Shown here piece after piece: positions 1-11,588 of a stretch of 42,841 bases of DNA. Source of the DNA: Perkinsus chesapeaki ATCC PRA-425 (taxonomy: Eukaryota; Protista; Perkinsozoa). Below the pieces are notes generated by a model. The model did no database searches. It was not told the origin of the DNA and saw nothing but the letters and a program-made list of their open reading frames with translations. The stretch's first letter is position 1. Each line of letters begins with the position of its first letter. The translations under genes and the position numbers were made by a program. Where the stretch lies: positions 1 to 42,841 of the forward strand of contig JAAPAO010000286.1 in NCBI GenBank assembly GCA_013115145.1. The letters are read 5' to 3'.

Positions 1-878
1 TTGTATCGTCGGACTCCACAATCGTTACCAGTATTTCGTGTTCAGTTATTCGCAAGGTGTCCATTCTCGAGCAAATGTGCCGCCAATGATGGAGACCACA
101 AAGTATGTATTTATGACTTATAGTGGAGGACTGTACTCCACCCTCCCTGCGGGGCACATCTTCAAGATGCGCGCTCTCCTATGTCTACTCAATCTCCCAT
201 ATTGTCAGCTTAGGTCAAGAAGTTATATTTTGTCCATAGCTCTTAGTAAGAGCCTCTTACCCAAAGCTAGTGAAGCTGAGAGTCTTGTGTATCGTGGAAG
301 CCAGACTCTGAGTATACAAGTCTTAGGTAATCTTTCTGTTGGCAGCGTCTGGAATCCTTCTGTTGCATTCTTCATATCTAACCATTGTTCTTACTGTTAT
401 TCGCACTATTCCTCACGGTCAGGACAGCTCTCCGTCTATTCCCGGTACAACTATACAATAGATTAGAGAGCCGTGGATCAAACCGAATCATGTAGGCAGT
501 CCACAACTGAGTGCACATGAGAGCAAGAGGCACTGCTATACGATTTAACACACTTTAGAAGGACGTTTTTATCGGACAAAATGTATCGAATGTGGAACAA
601 TAGCAGGTACAAGCCATTGACTTTAAGGTGTCCTGCTACTATAGATCATTCAGTTGAGCGCAAACTGTTCTCGGCAGATCAGAACTGCACTGAGGTGGGT
701 TTTCTGGATACAGTGTAGTAGACTCTGTGGAGAAATCCCGAAAACGGTTCCCCTCTGATGTAGTGTAATTACGTCCAGGCAGTTGGTCCATTTTCATCTC
801 ACCGATTACTAATTATTCATCCGCTACCACTTCGTCCAATCAGAATGGCCGGTACTCAGTTTTGACTCATTCGAGGAC

Positions 879-2257
879 CTGCAGCTCTTCTCTGACTAAG
901 GTCAGAGCTGCTTTGCGTGGAAAGCGCCCCGCGTCACCAACCCCAACGATGAGGTTCAGCCTGCAGCAGCGTCCAGCAGCTCTTGTGTAATCGTATCTTT
1001 CGCTTGATGTTTTCATGTGTGTGTGCCTTCTTAAGTGATGTGTTGTGTGACTTAACTTGTGTCCGTGTTATTGTCCGATGCTTGCGAGAAGTTAGGTAAT
1101 GCTATTTCTGAGCCCTACCACAGTTGATTTGAAGCGAGACATATACGATCGGTGAAATGGCACTGGATGGAGCGGCAGCAGAACTGCCAAGGTGGATGAA
1201 ATGACAATGGATGAATCAACAATGGATCAAGAGAAAATGGCACGGGTGTATGGTGGGATTTGCAGTGGACATCAAGCGAGCCGTAAAAGTCCTGAAACTC
1301 CGCAACACCATTGCTGGTCATGTCGACTTCTCCGGTAGACTCCTTCACTCCACCGATATCAAACTCTATCGAATACTCTTGGCAACCTAAGGTAGCTGTG
1401 AGAAGATCACCAAAGCGCAAGTCGTGTCATCATAGGGGAAGAGGTCATGACAGTATGGAAGACGTAAATAGGTTGCTAGGCAAACAGCATGCACAAGTTA
1501 CCCAGCGCTGAGGCACTTTGGTACCTGCGATCTTAAGACCGGTGATTTTAGGGTTCATTATGGAGATAAAAAAAGAGGGCCTATAGCCATGAGATAATTA
1601 GGAATATCATCATCGTCATCTTCTTCAGATGAACTCTCTACTTCTTGTTCGTCAGCCTAAGGCGAACAGAAATCACATCAACTTCAGATGCGGAGAGACT
1701 GAGTAGGCCCTACCTTCGCCGCCTCATAATCATCATCACTATCGCCAGACATATTGTAACCAATATCGACAACGAAAGTTTCAAACTCTATACGAGCACC
1801 CAGACACACTTGACTTAGCGGTATCTTCACTTGACCTTCCTCAGCGTCCATCAACCTAGTGATAAAGGATAACCATAACACATACAGAAGATGCTACTCG
1901 GTTAGTGCAATGGTGAACTGCGCCCAGTTGCTGTATCTGCTGCCCTGTTCAGTATATCCTATGGATCCTGTCATCTCCTAATAATAACCCTCAGTCGCCG
2001 AAGTGTGAATTCATCCTTACAAACATCTGTACGTAATAATGTTTGCAATAGACATAAAAAGACGCCATAAAGTCCTCAAACTCAACGACTCCCATTCGAC
2101 CTCTAATCACGGGCGACTCTTCTCTGGTGCCAGCAAGTTCAAGCGTGACATAGTATTCTCTCTCCCCTGGCAAAACTAACTCCGTTTACTAATGCAGACG
2201 GGCTACCACTTGTGGGCTCTTACCTGTCTTTGGCATATTCCGTAGCTTCACTTCCAT
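879..2257 (-). CDS. Multi-exon gene (or gene pair) with two tandem C2-like beta-sandwich repeats separated by an acidic linker; 3' end unresolved, probably continues toward the window start
   Basis: Spliced repeat 1 MEVKLRNMPKT|VLPGEREYYVTLELAGTREESPVIRGRMGVVEFEDFMASFYVYCK aligns by eye with repeat 2 MNPKITGLKIA|GCQEYSIEFDIGGVKESTGEVDMTSNGVAEFQDFYGSLDVHCK. GT-AG phases are consistent except for a 1-nt frame break at the T7 run at 1568-1574. The C2 assignment is inferred from the alternating hydrophobic strand pattern. Confidence 0.45.
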
Positions 2258-2775
2258 TATAACTCACCGTCAATGGCGCTGATATCCTCATCGAGAAGGG
2301 TATCTGTAGTCAGTACAGGTAAGGGTTAACATGTCATGAATGACTCACATCATCAAAGGCATCCCTTGATGTCATTCCCTTGTGTGCTAGTAGCACAGTG
2401 CTACAGCCATTCTCAATAAACAAAGAAGCAGCAGCAGCAGCCAAACTTAAGAGGTATCCTATACCGACAATGCTGTTGTTGGCTCAGTGGTGATTCGTTC
2501 CTAGCGACTATGGGACACTTGCGTCTTTGTGCGCATCAAATGCTACTTGTGTGAGGCGATCAGCGAAGGAGACCTTCGCCAGGTCATTTCGACATGCTAA
2601 ACCTCCCCAGTTGCTCGTAGTTCCAGCAGTCGTCCTGCAGAACCGCGGTGTTACCGTTTACAATGTTAACAGGTGCTTCTGCATACCCGCCCCAGTACTC
2701 GGCAACTCAATTCTCTATAAAGTGGAAACGTTACCTTCACAAAATACCAACTAAGACTTAATCTCATAAAACAAA

Positions 2776-5700
2776 CTATAGTGCCTTCAGCTGCTCCACA
2801 TCGAGGTCCATGTCCTCGGCAACCGATACCATCGTTGCTGTCATACGACCAGTCATGCCACCACCACCACCGAACTCGGGGGCCATCCTGCTCTCCGACC
2901 ACTCCACTATATTCCTAAACATAGTCGCCCACGGACTGCCCCTGATGCCCTTCCACTCCCTAGGCATCCAAGGCCACTGCCAGGTCATAGAGCAGCGCTC
3001 TGGATGAGGCATCATAGCGAGATGTCTGCCATCAGGGGTAACCAAGCCGGCGATACCGTCGATCGAACCATTGGGGTTGAAGGGGTACACCGACGTGGGG
3101 GCACCTTGGTCATCGACGTATCTCAGAGGGGCCAAATGTGAGTCCATAACCTAACAACGCGGATGCAACGGCTTAAGCCTGGAGGAACCACCTTAGTGTA
3201 AACATCTCTATCGGGGAACAAAGCCCTCCCCTCCCCATGGGCTATCCATACGCCCAAGACACTGCCGCCCATCCCTCTAAACCAGGTGCCAATTGCTGGT
3301 GAAGCCGGGTCCAACGCCACAGATACGAAACGAGACTCGTAGCGGCCGGAACGATTGTGAACAAACCTAACAAAGGTGCCAAGGGACTTCCTTTGGCTGG
3401 GACAGGAGCTTACCTTGCACGTTGAGCCAAGTCTAGCATGCCTCCCTTATCTGTCTTGCCTGGCACCCAGCCCAACAGGCTCATCAGCTGGCAACCATTA
3501 CAGACACCGAGGGAGAAGGTGTGCTGAAGCATGATACGTAGTAACACTGTGCTGTATAGTAGCAGCACTTTGCTAGTGTTACTACCTCTTCATCATAGAA
3601 CCTCTGTAGTTGATCACGGCATCTGGTATTAAAGGTGGCCTTACCAGCCCAACCCTTAGCCGAGTCCAATACATCACCGTAAGAGAACCCTCCAACAAAG
3701 GCTACTCCGGCGAAACCTGACATCCTCGACCCTTCCTCCTCGACCACAGATCCCCTGGACCTCACCTTGCAGTGTCGTCCTTCCCGTGGCGATATCGCCC
3801 ATGATGACATCTACCGGCAGAGCCCCCGCGTTCCAAAAACTCGCCGCCATCTCCCGATCGCCATTGGAGCCTTCCTCTCTAATAATCGCCACACGTACCT
3901 TCCTTTGGGTGGACGCTGGAGCCCTGGGAAGGGGGGCGAAGGTCAAACGATAGGGCGGGGTGGTGGTCCTTGAGGCCATCACATCTGAAAGAGATGGTCA
4001 TGACGACGACACGGCACGTCGTGTTAGTGCGGCGGACCTCTCTCCTGTCGAACACACGTAACATCAGCCTGGAGCTCCTCCAGCTTAAAGCTGGTCTTCT
4101 CCCACTGAAGCCTAATATCCTTCACGCTCTCCACCATCAACTGCCGTCGAGCTCCGCCTTTCATTCTCAATTCAACCTCGACATTCGTGCTGCCGCTGAC
4201 ACCGTTGCCCAACACTTTGCACTTGGTTTTCTCCCCGTAGGCAGCCATGACTGTTGGCACGTTGCTCGTGGCAACCTCCAGAATGAGCCCTGGCCCCTCA
4301 CTGAAGAGGTACTCCATAACATTCCCACTGCCGCCTTCATCTTCACGGAGATTGCCCTCATCGATCGATATAAGGTATCCATTATGGCCGCCAGACATTA
4401 TCATCTCGCATGCGGCAACAAGCAGGCCTCCGTCCGACCGATCGTGGCCAGCGGAAATTACTCCGCGGGAGATGAGGTCCTAAAATGGCAAATAGTGAGG
4501 CGCCGGAGAGCAGCTTGTCCGCACCTGGGTGACCAGGAAGGCATGCCTGAGCTGGTCCACGTGGAAATCGCTAATCCTGCCATCAGCATTCAGGTGGCCG
4601 CTCTGCAGCATCACGTGGGCAAGTGAGGTGCCCTTGAGGGAGGGACATGAGTCCAAGTCGACCAATAATAATACGGACTCCGACGGTGATAGTTTAACGT
4701 CAGGAGTGACCTTAACTGTGACATCAGGTACTGCTCCATACACCGATACGACCACTTCACCAGGGGCCTAAGATAATACAAAAAAGCTATGAAGAGCGTG
4801 TATGGTCGCACATCGAACCCCTCCGAGAGTGAATTCCCCTCTGTGTATTTTCTATCGAAACCCTGAGCCTGGGTGCAACCTCCCTGCTAGGCTCACCTTA
4901 ACAGTCTCCTTGTTGTCCTCTGGTCCATCATCCCTCCTAGGGCACTGAGCCGCCATGCTAAGGGAATCCTTACCACCATCGATAGCAATGCCAATATCAG
5001 ACATAACCTCATCGATTGCCTCCGCCACTTTCAGCATCTTGTATCCCTCTCCAGGCAGCTTGGCCGCCCACATCCAGTTGCCACTGCATCGCACATCCTC
5101 AAGATTCTCCAGCTTAACCCATACAAGATTCGTCAGAGCTTCAGCAACAGCCAGCCTGGCCATTGCTCTCAGTGAGGAATCATCTCCAGAGAGACCAATG
5201 ATCGGTCTCTCCCCAATGGCCGTTGCCGAGCCTTGGATACTGAGCATCGATGTTGCTGTTACTGCTACGTTTGCCAGTGGTGTGTGGAATGGTCCCACAC
5301 ACTGCTGTTGGGCAATGAGACCGGTGACGGAGCGATCGACCTTGTTGCAGAGGAACCTCTTGGAGCCCACTGACACTAACCGCATAACCTGAAGACATTA
5401 CTAAGGCCTCTCCACCTGGCACCTGGCCAATTGATCATTTTCATCAAGATTCAACAAGGAGACAATTAAATGCAATGTTTTATTGATAGATTCCCCAATT
5501 GGTAAGTACGGGCCGATTTCACATACATTCCCCCCCGCAGTCGGCGAGCCCTCCCAACCTACCTTCCACAGAGCCGTCTTCACATCCTCCTCGAAGTGAC
5601 CGAGTTTGTGATCGACCGACTTAGGCTTGGTAAGATGGAATGTCTTCTGTGGCATTTTACAGAGCACCTTATCAAGCGGCAGATCCACAGGTACTTTACC

Positions 5701-7743
5701 ATCTCTGTCGACCACCCTGCATCGACCAGTCTTAACAACACTACCAACCTTCGACCAGGGCGCCCCCTCCCTACGACACAGATCTCCCAGCAGCCCCAGC
5801 TTGCTCTCTGGTAGAAGTAACGCATCATTCTCCTGATACTCAGCTATCCACAGCTCCAACGCGGACATACTGGGATCACCAATCAGCATGTGTTTCATGT
5901 CAATCTCGAGGCCAGTCGGCTCCCCTATCTCCTTGAGGACGTTGCCGGCCCCACCAGCCCCTTGGTCATGGATAGACAGCACCGGGTTGGCCTCGCCCAT
6001 CTCTACTAGGTAACGGATGACCCTATTAACACGCTGGAGCATCTGAGGATCTCCTCTTTGCACCGCATTAAAGTCTAACTCTTCCTGGTTCTCCCCGGCC
6101 ACCATAGAGCTCGCTGCACCCCCACCAACCCCAAGGCGATAGGCCGGTCCACCCAACTTAACTATGGCCGCTCCTGGCATCGGCGGGGTCTGCTTCAATC
6201 TGTGCCGGCAGTCCATCGCCCCGAGGCCACCGCTCATCATTATAGGCTTCACCCACTCGATACGTTCCCCACCAACCACAGCCCCATAGCTTCGGCAAAA
6301 CCCATTCACAACAGGTTCGCCAAATTTATTACCGTAATCGCTGGCTCCATTGGAGGCTTGTATGAGGATGTCTACAGGGGCGGCCAGATTGCTCGGGTAC
6401 CGCCAAGATCGGTCCTCCCAGTCGACTTCATGCTCCTCATCTTCGAGATAGAGCGCTCCCACACAGTAAGCCGCAGTGCCCGCCACCACCAGGCTGCCTC
6501 GACCTGTACTTTGGCCATCTCTCAGTCGCCCACCAGTGCCAGTTTCAGCGCCAGGGAACGGGGCCACTCCACAAGGGAAGTTGTGGGTTTCGCATGTGAA
6601 GGTTATATCATATATAAGGGAGCTCTCGGCAAAGTCGCCAGTACTCATGTCAGGCAGCAGGCCAGTGAAGCCTCCAGCAGCTCCCCGGATGGCGGAACTG
6701 TTATCACTGAAGGCCACTGTGGAAGCGTTCGGACGACCGCCTTCCTTCTCCCTCTGCTGAACTCTTTTGTATGGGCTCTTAACGAGCTGGAAAAGTGTAT
6801 GGGGCACCTCCTCCCCGTCAACGACCAATTTACCACCGAAAAACCAATGTCGTGAGTGCTCACTGTTACCCTGGGCTAGATCGAAACATTCAACCTAATA
6901 GAGACGAGTAGGCCAGGGCGGCCACCTTCCGTGCTTACCGTGGTGGGATTGCGTTTAAGGTCGTCCCTGAACAACTTGACATAATAATCGATGTCCTGAG
7001 AATCGTACCCGAGACCATTGGATTCTGATAAAGCCACCATGAAGGCTAATTCCACTGGCCTCCCCTACCGCTGAAGCTTTCCAAAGCCTTCTGGCCCTCT
7101 CCCATCACGTCCACTTCTCCCCATGGGGCCGGCTTGGCCGCTTCTGCATACAGGAAGCCTCCAGATGCAACAGGATACTCCATCTCAGTCATACGGTCAT
7201 GGATCTAAGTGGGGTAATTCCAGTCCGGGAAAGAGACTGGCATCACCACCTGGGATAGAAAAGTGGCGCGTTGCTCGGTCGAGGATGGGCGCTTGATGAG
7301 ATACCTCCTGGTTCCTGAAGTGAGGGCCGTAAAGGAGAGTGCAGTTCTAATCGAGCTTACTCTCAATCCTTTCAATGCTGGAGATGCCAGCAGACAAGCA
7401 AATACTGACAGCGTTGGTGCACCAGGCGGTAACAAATTGCTGCCTTGGCCCGACTTCAACCACCTCTGTCGAACCGTCCTTAGCTTCGGTTAAAGAAGTC
7501 TCTTTGGTAGCAACACTTCCCAAACACGGGAATGTCTCTTGGAGGAGCCACAGGAGGCGGTTTTCCTCTTCAACAGTAAGGACAGTACCGGTGACCTGCT
7601 ATGGCAATGCAGAGGTTAACTTCGCCTTCATCAGCTACTTGAACGTTGAAGCATATTTCTTGTTCGATAACAACAACGTCCGAGTTTCTTAAACTCCTTG
7701 GCTCGACTCTGCGATAGAAACGAAGTGGCGAGGATGTGTTCAT
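2776..7743 (-). CDS. PFAS: Phosphoribosylformylglycinamidine (FGAM) synthase, large single-chain type, multi-exon
   Basis: Motifs seen: DNSSAIRG, CETHNFPCGVAPFPGAETGTGGRLRD, EWVKPIMMSGG, SIHDQGAGG, FLCNKVDRSVTGLIAQQQCVGP, GGKDSLSM, HDRSDGG. Glutaminase domain: REEGSNGDREM, GGFSYGDVL, GVCNGCQL, MMPHPER. ATG at 7743, TAG at 2776. Confidence 0.97.
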
Positions 7744-7748
7744 CCCAG

Positions 7749-7774
7749 CTAACGGGTAAAACAAGGAGGTAAAA
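7749..7774 (-). promoter_or_regulatory. Candidate trans-splice (SL) acceptor: pyrimidine tract plus AG, 5 nt upstream of the PFAS ATG
   Basis: Minus strand reads TTTTACCTCCTTGTTTTACCCGTTAG-CTGGG-ATG. The role is inferred from known SL trans-splicing in perkinsids and dinoflagellates. Confidence 0.35.
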
Positions 7775-8004
7775 CCCTAAGTACACAGGAGTGCAAGCAT
7801 GTCCCAACCGCCTCCCCAATACAACAGATCGCTGGTAACCAATGTGAATCTATTTCTAGCAGCCGCCACAGTTATTACAACTATAACTGAGTTATATGCC
7901 CGCAAATAAAGCCCTAATGCCGTGAAACTGTGTTGAAACGCAAAGTGCGCATACTGAGCACATGCACCAACCGGGGAGCCACGAAGAAAGTTTGCTCTCT
8001 ACAA

Positions 8005-8076
8005 GCCGGTTTAGCTTAGTGGTAGAGCGTCAGTCTTGTAAACTGAAGGTCGGCGGTTCGATCCCGCCATCCGGCT
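8005..8076 (+). tRNA. tRNA-Thr(TGT)
   Basis: Cloverleaf GCCGGTT..TCAGT-CTTGTAA-ACTGA..GGCGG-TTCGATC-CCGCC-ATCCGGC-T, followed by a T tract. One U6-U67 mismatch. Confidence 0.96.
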
Positions 8077-8253
8077 ATTTTGTAGACGAGTTTGCCTTCC
8101 TTGTGAATGTACGAGCAAATTTCTGAGGCCATAGCCTCCCTTGAAGCACCTCCTAGGTAAAAGAGAGACTGGAGTTGTCTATTGAAACCAAACTAACAAG
8201 CAATCACAGAGCTTCCGATCTGAACACGAGAACGGCTCAGCTAAAATATCACA

Positions 8254-8327
8254 GCTCCGGTGGCTCAATCGGATAGAGCGTTGGACTTCTAATCCAAAGG
8301 TTGCGGGTTCAAGTCCCGCCCGGAGTA
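8254..8327 (+). tRNA. tRNA-Arg(TCT), intronless
   Basis: GCTCCGG..TTGGA-CTTCTAA-TCCAA..GCGGG-TTCAAGT-CCCGC-CCGGAGT-A; G1-U72 wobble. Confidence 0.96.
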
Positions 8328-8495
8328 ATTTCAAATTTGAAAAGTCATTGCAATTCTCGTTTTACGCGAACGGACGAGACGTTCAGTAGTTGCTTAGTCC
8401 TGATTATATCTCAGCATTATACAGTACCGCAAAACTCAACACCACGCCTAATAGTGTACACAAAACTGTTGAAAGGGAGTAATGCCATAACCTAA

Positions 8496-10596
8496 TCAAT
8501 TATGCAAATTTTGGGACTTCTGCGCTGCCAGTCGGACGCTTATTCGGTACAGCCTTTGAGAAAGAACATCTCCGATGGATAAGAGCACTACCACCATAGC
8601 AAATACATACGGGACTGAGGAACAGTAGTTCAGGCAACTTCAACAATCTAACAACTATCTCACCCCATGTGGACCACACACACGTTTTACTAAGGCCATC
8701 GACGGTCATCAGAGCATACGCGGAGCACACTGGATCGATACATGCATTGGTTCTAGAGTCATACCTAATACCCAATATGCGGCACGAGTCACTGGAAACA
8801 CACTACCGTTGTTGGCCTATGCATGCCGGCTTTAAAGCACAACCAAATCCAGCACTCGCAGTGGCTTCATTGGATGGCTTCACGACCTCAAACCCGACCC
8901 TGTTCCCGGCCCAGGTGATATTCGAGAATGCCGCGCGCAATGCTCGAATGCCGAATATAATCGGAGTGTTGGTGAACTCTCCTGTGAGCTGCGAACTGAA
9001 GCTCTGGAGACAGAGTGTCTTTTTGTCCTCCATCAGTAACGCCTCCAATGGTAAAGAGAAGGTAGGGGATGTCCTGAGACGTTAGTAATGCTGCCAGTTA
9101 TAAGGCAGCCGCCTCACCTATCTTCGTCGAGGCGGAAACTGAGTGTTGGCAAAGGACCATCGGCGATGCAAGTACGGTTACTGCTACTGCAGTGTAATGA
9201 TGATGCCCAACCGAGAAGGGACTCCAAAAATACCGAAGGAACTATTAAACATTCATGTAGTGTACCTAACCGTGTATGGCAATTATGTCGCTACAGCGCA
9301 ACCAGTGATAAAGCTCACTTGCGACGGCCAACCAACTTGAGCTAATATCGGGAGTCAGCATTCCAGATCCGCACATGGTGGGGTGATATCTGCCCAGTAG
9401 TAATTCCCGCCATATTGTGGCTCGACATTCCTTACACCATGAACCCGGGGTAACGAGGTAACCGCGGACCCGAGTCCTGCAGTCCTTCGCTCCAGATTCC
9501 TTGGCCAGAGGGAAGGTCGCCATTCCAGAAAAGAAGTCTAGAGTTTGGCAGGTCCAAAGTAACGCCTTGCAAATCTCCGTCTGTTTTGCAGAAGTCTGCG
9601 ATTGTGGAATCGTTCCGACACGTGAAGGCCGCTTCTGAGATACACCGTCATCAAGCCCCAAGCCGGTGTTGATCTGATCTTACTCGCAAGACCCAAGACA
9701 CCGGCTGATTCCCCGTTCGCTGATATCTGCCAAAAACACAACTCAAGGCCAGCATAGACCGCCGAGGAATTGAACGTAAGGCTCGTAACTCAGGCGACAG
9801 ACTAGGCGCGCAACTTGGGAACCGCGAGATCCCTTCCTACACCGCCAGTGATCCCTTCAGTGCCGTCCAAAGCCACACGGAGAGGAATTGAAACACTTCT
9901 GTTGACTGAACTAATCGACGCTTCTTCCACCACCTAAGACGATGTATCGAGTTTAGACCACTGCAATCTCGTCGCGCTACTCAAGCGTACCTCAATCCCC
10001 TCGTATTTAAAGTATCGCGGTCCGTCCAAATTAAGATAGTGGGTTGTTTCTGACAGACACACCTAGCTACGAGGTCCCGTGGTTGAACTATAGAAGAAGC
10101 AAGCGAACAGACTGTGCGGCGTTACTTCGCGCTTTATGCCAGTCCATGTCCTTGCTGGGCTCACACTTATAGAAGTCGCCAAATTTAGGAATATCGGCGT
10201 AGCATTCCGCCGGATTCCTGCAAGCTTGAACAGTGTTGCTGGCGTCAATGTTGTAGCATGCATCAGTTCGCTTTCCTGGGCCACAAGCAACCTACACGCC
10301 AAAGTAAGACAGGCGAGTCTACTATGTTCTTTTAACACGCGAATATAAAGATAGGTTCGGCGAGACAAGAGCTTCGCTCACTATTCGCTAACCCAACCAT
10401 TCCCATGTAGTACCGTTACAGTATCCGAGCCCATACTGTCTACAAGAAGCATCAAATCTTGTGCCGGTGAGCCTATCTGCACTCGGATACCCAGCCGTTC
10501 TCCTACTCGATCCAATGGCTGGATAATATAAGCTGCACAGCTTAGGAGAATGTGGTTAAGGAGGAGGAGCAGTGCAGTGAGACATAGGTGTCCCAT
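8496..10596 (-). CDS. Pepsin-like (A1) aspartic protease homolog with signal peptide, Cys-rich juxtamembrane segment and C-terminal TM helix; catalytic motifs degenerate
   Basis: Signal peptide MGHLCLTALLLLLNHILLSCAA. Pepsin landmarks: IRVQIGSPAQDLMLLVDSMGSD, SAGVLGLA, CLIVPSVFLESL, CIADGPLPTLSFRL, IIFGIRALRAAFSNITWAGNRVGF. These are followed by CALKPACIGQQRYDSRTNACIDPVCS and the TM segment WVPYVFAMVVVLLSIG; TGA at 8496. Confidence 0.8.
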
Positions 10597-10689
10597 TGTC
10601 TGGGTTAAGAAGGCTGTTTATGGCAAATAAACACAACCCCGATGTTTCTTGGTGAAAAGCCCAAAAATCAAGCGAACGCGCTTCGTAAA

Positions 10690-10771
10690 CGACACCTGAG
10701 GGATTCGAACCCTCGCGGGCAGAGCCCAACGGCTTAGCAGGCCGCCGCCTTAACCACTCGGCCAAAGTGTC
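10690..10771 (-). tRNA. tRNA-Ser(GCT)
   Basis: Reverse complement GACACTT-TG-GCCGAGTGGTTAAGGC-G-GCGGC-CTGCTAA-GCCGT, long variable arm, GAGGG-TTCGAAT-CCCTC-AGGTGTC-G. Confidence 0.96.
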
Positions 10772-11588
10772 CTTGAGAATTGTTGTGGGATAGGTGGTCT
10801 GCCCAGCTTCTACAGACGAAGATCCTGTCATTGAGCGGCACCATTTGAGCCCATTATTTGGAACACTTTGAAGGGGGTCTTTAAGTAAATGACTTGAGCT
10901 CTTGATGTGACTGGATAGCACCGTCACGGAGTTCAGCTGGTCTATATATCAAGGAAATCTTAGCCGACTTAGGAGCCTCCGCTACCAGGGGGTCCGGGCC
11001 AACCCTCGGTAACCCTGTATTGATACAGTATTATTAACACTCACATCAGGGAGAGTCCGGAGAAGCTTGCTAGGCAATAGCTTGCGCACTTAATATGCAG
11101 GAATGCTTTGAGTGAGTTCGTTGGCTGACAACCAGCAAACCAGGCTAACCAATGGTCATCGACACTCTACGATGTTTTATTGCTGCAAAGTAAGTTGGCT
11201 TCGTCAGCTGGGCCACATTCAGAGCCGCGCTGGCAATCATATTGCGGAAAAATAAATTATAATCGATGGAGCTTGTCTGGGAAAGGGACGGAAGACATAA
11301 AACAAAATGAGGCACCATGCCTACTAGGCATGCCTAATCGAACTCTTTCCTGCTTAAGACATTGAAAAGAAAGGAAACCCCGAGAAGAGTTCGCACGATC
11401 CCTTGTATTCTGCAACACTCACTCCATGCGATGTGACTTGTGCGTGAGGTGCGGCGCCGTTATACTTTGTATTTGCGTATTTGTACAATCGGATCGATGA
11501 GAACGCGACGACTTCCATCGTGAAACGTCAAAACTATAGTATTGAAAGCTCCAAGGGTTCTAGCGTGAATCATCATGATAACGACGGC

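Noticed and set aside
38-466. 142-aa plus-strand ORF
   Set aside because: Alternative start, no motif, and composition typical of an antisense frame; the minus strand here looks more exon-like.
3970-6855. Long plus-strand ORFs (3970-4626, 4955-5392, 6202-6855)
   Set aside because: Antisense shadows of PFAS exons; no independent domain signal.
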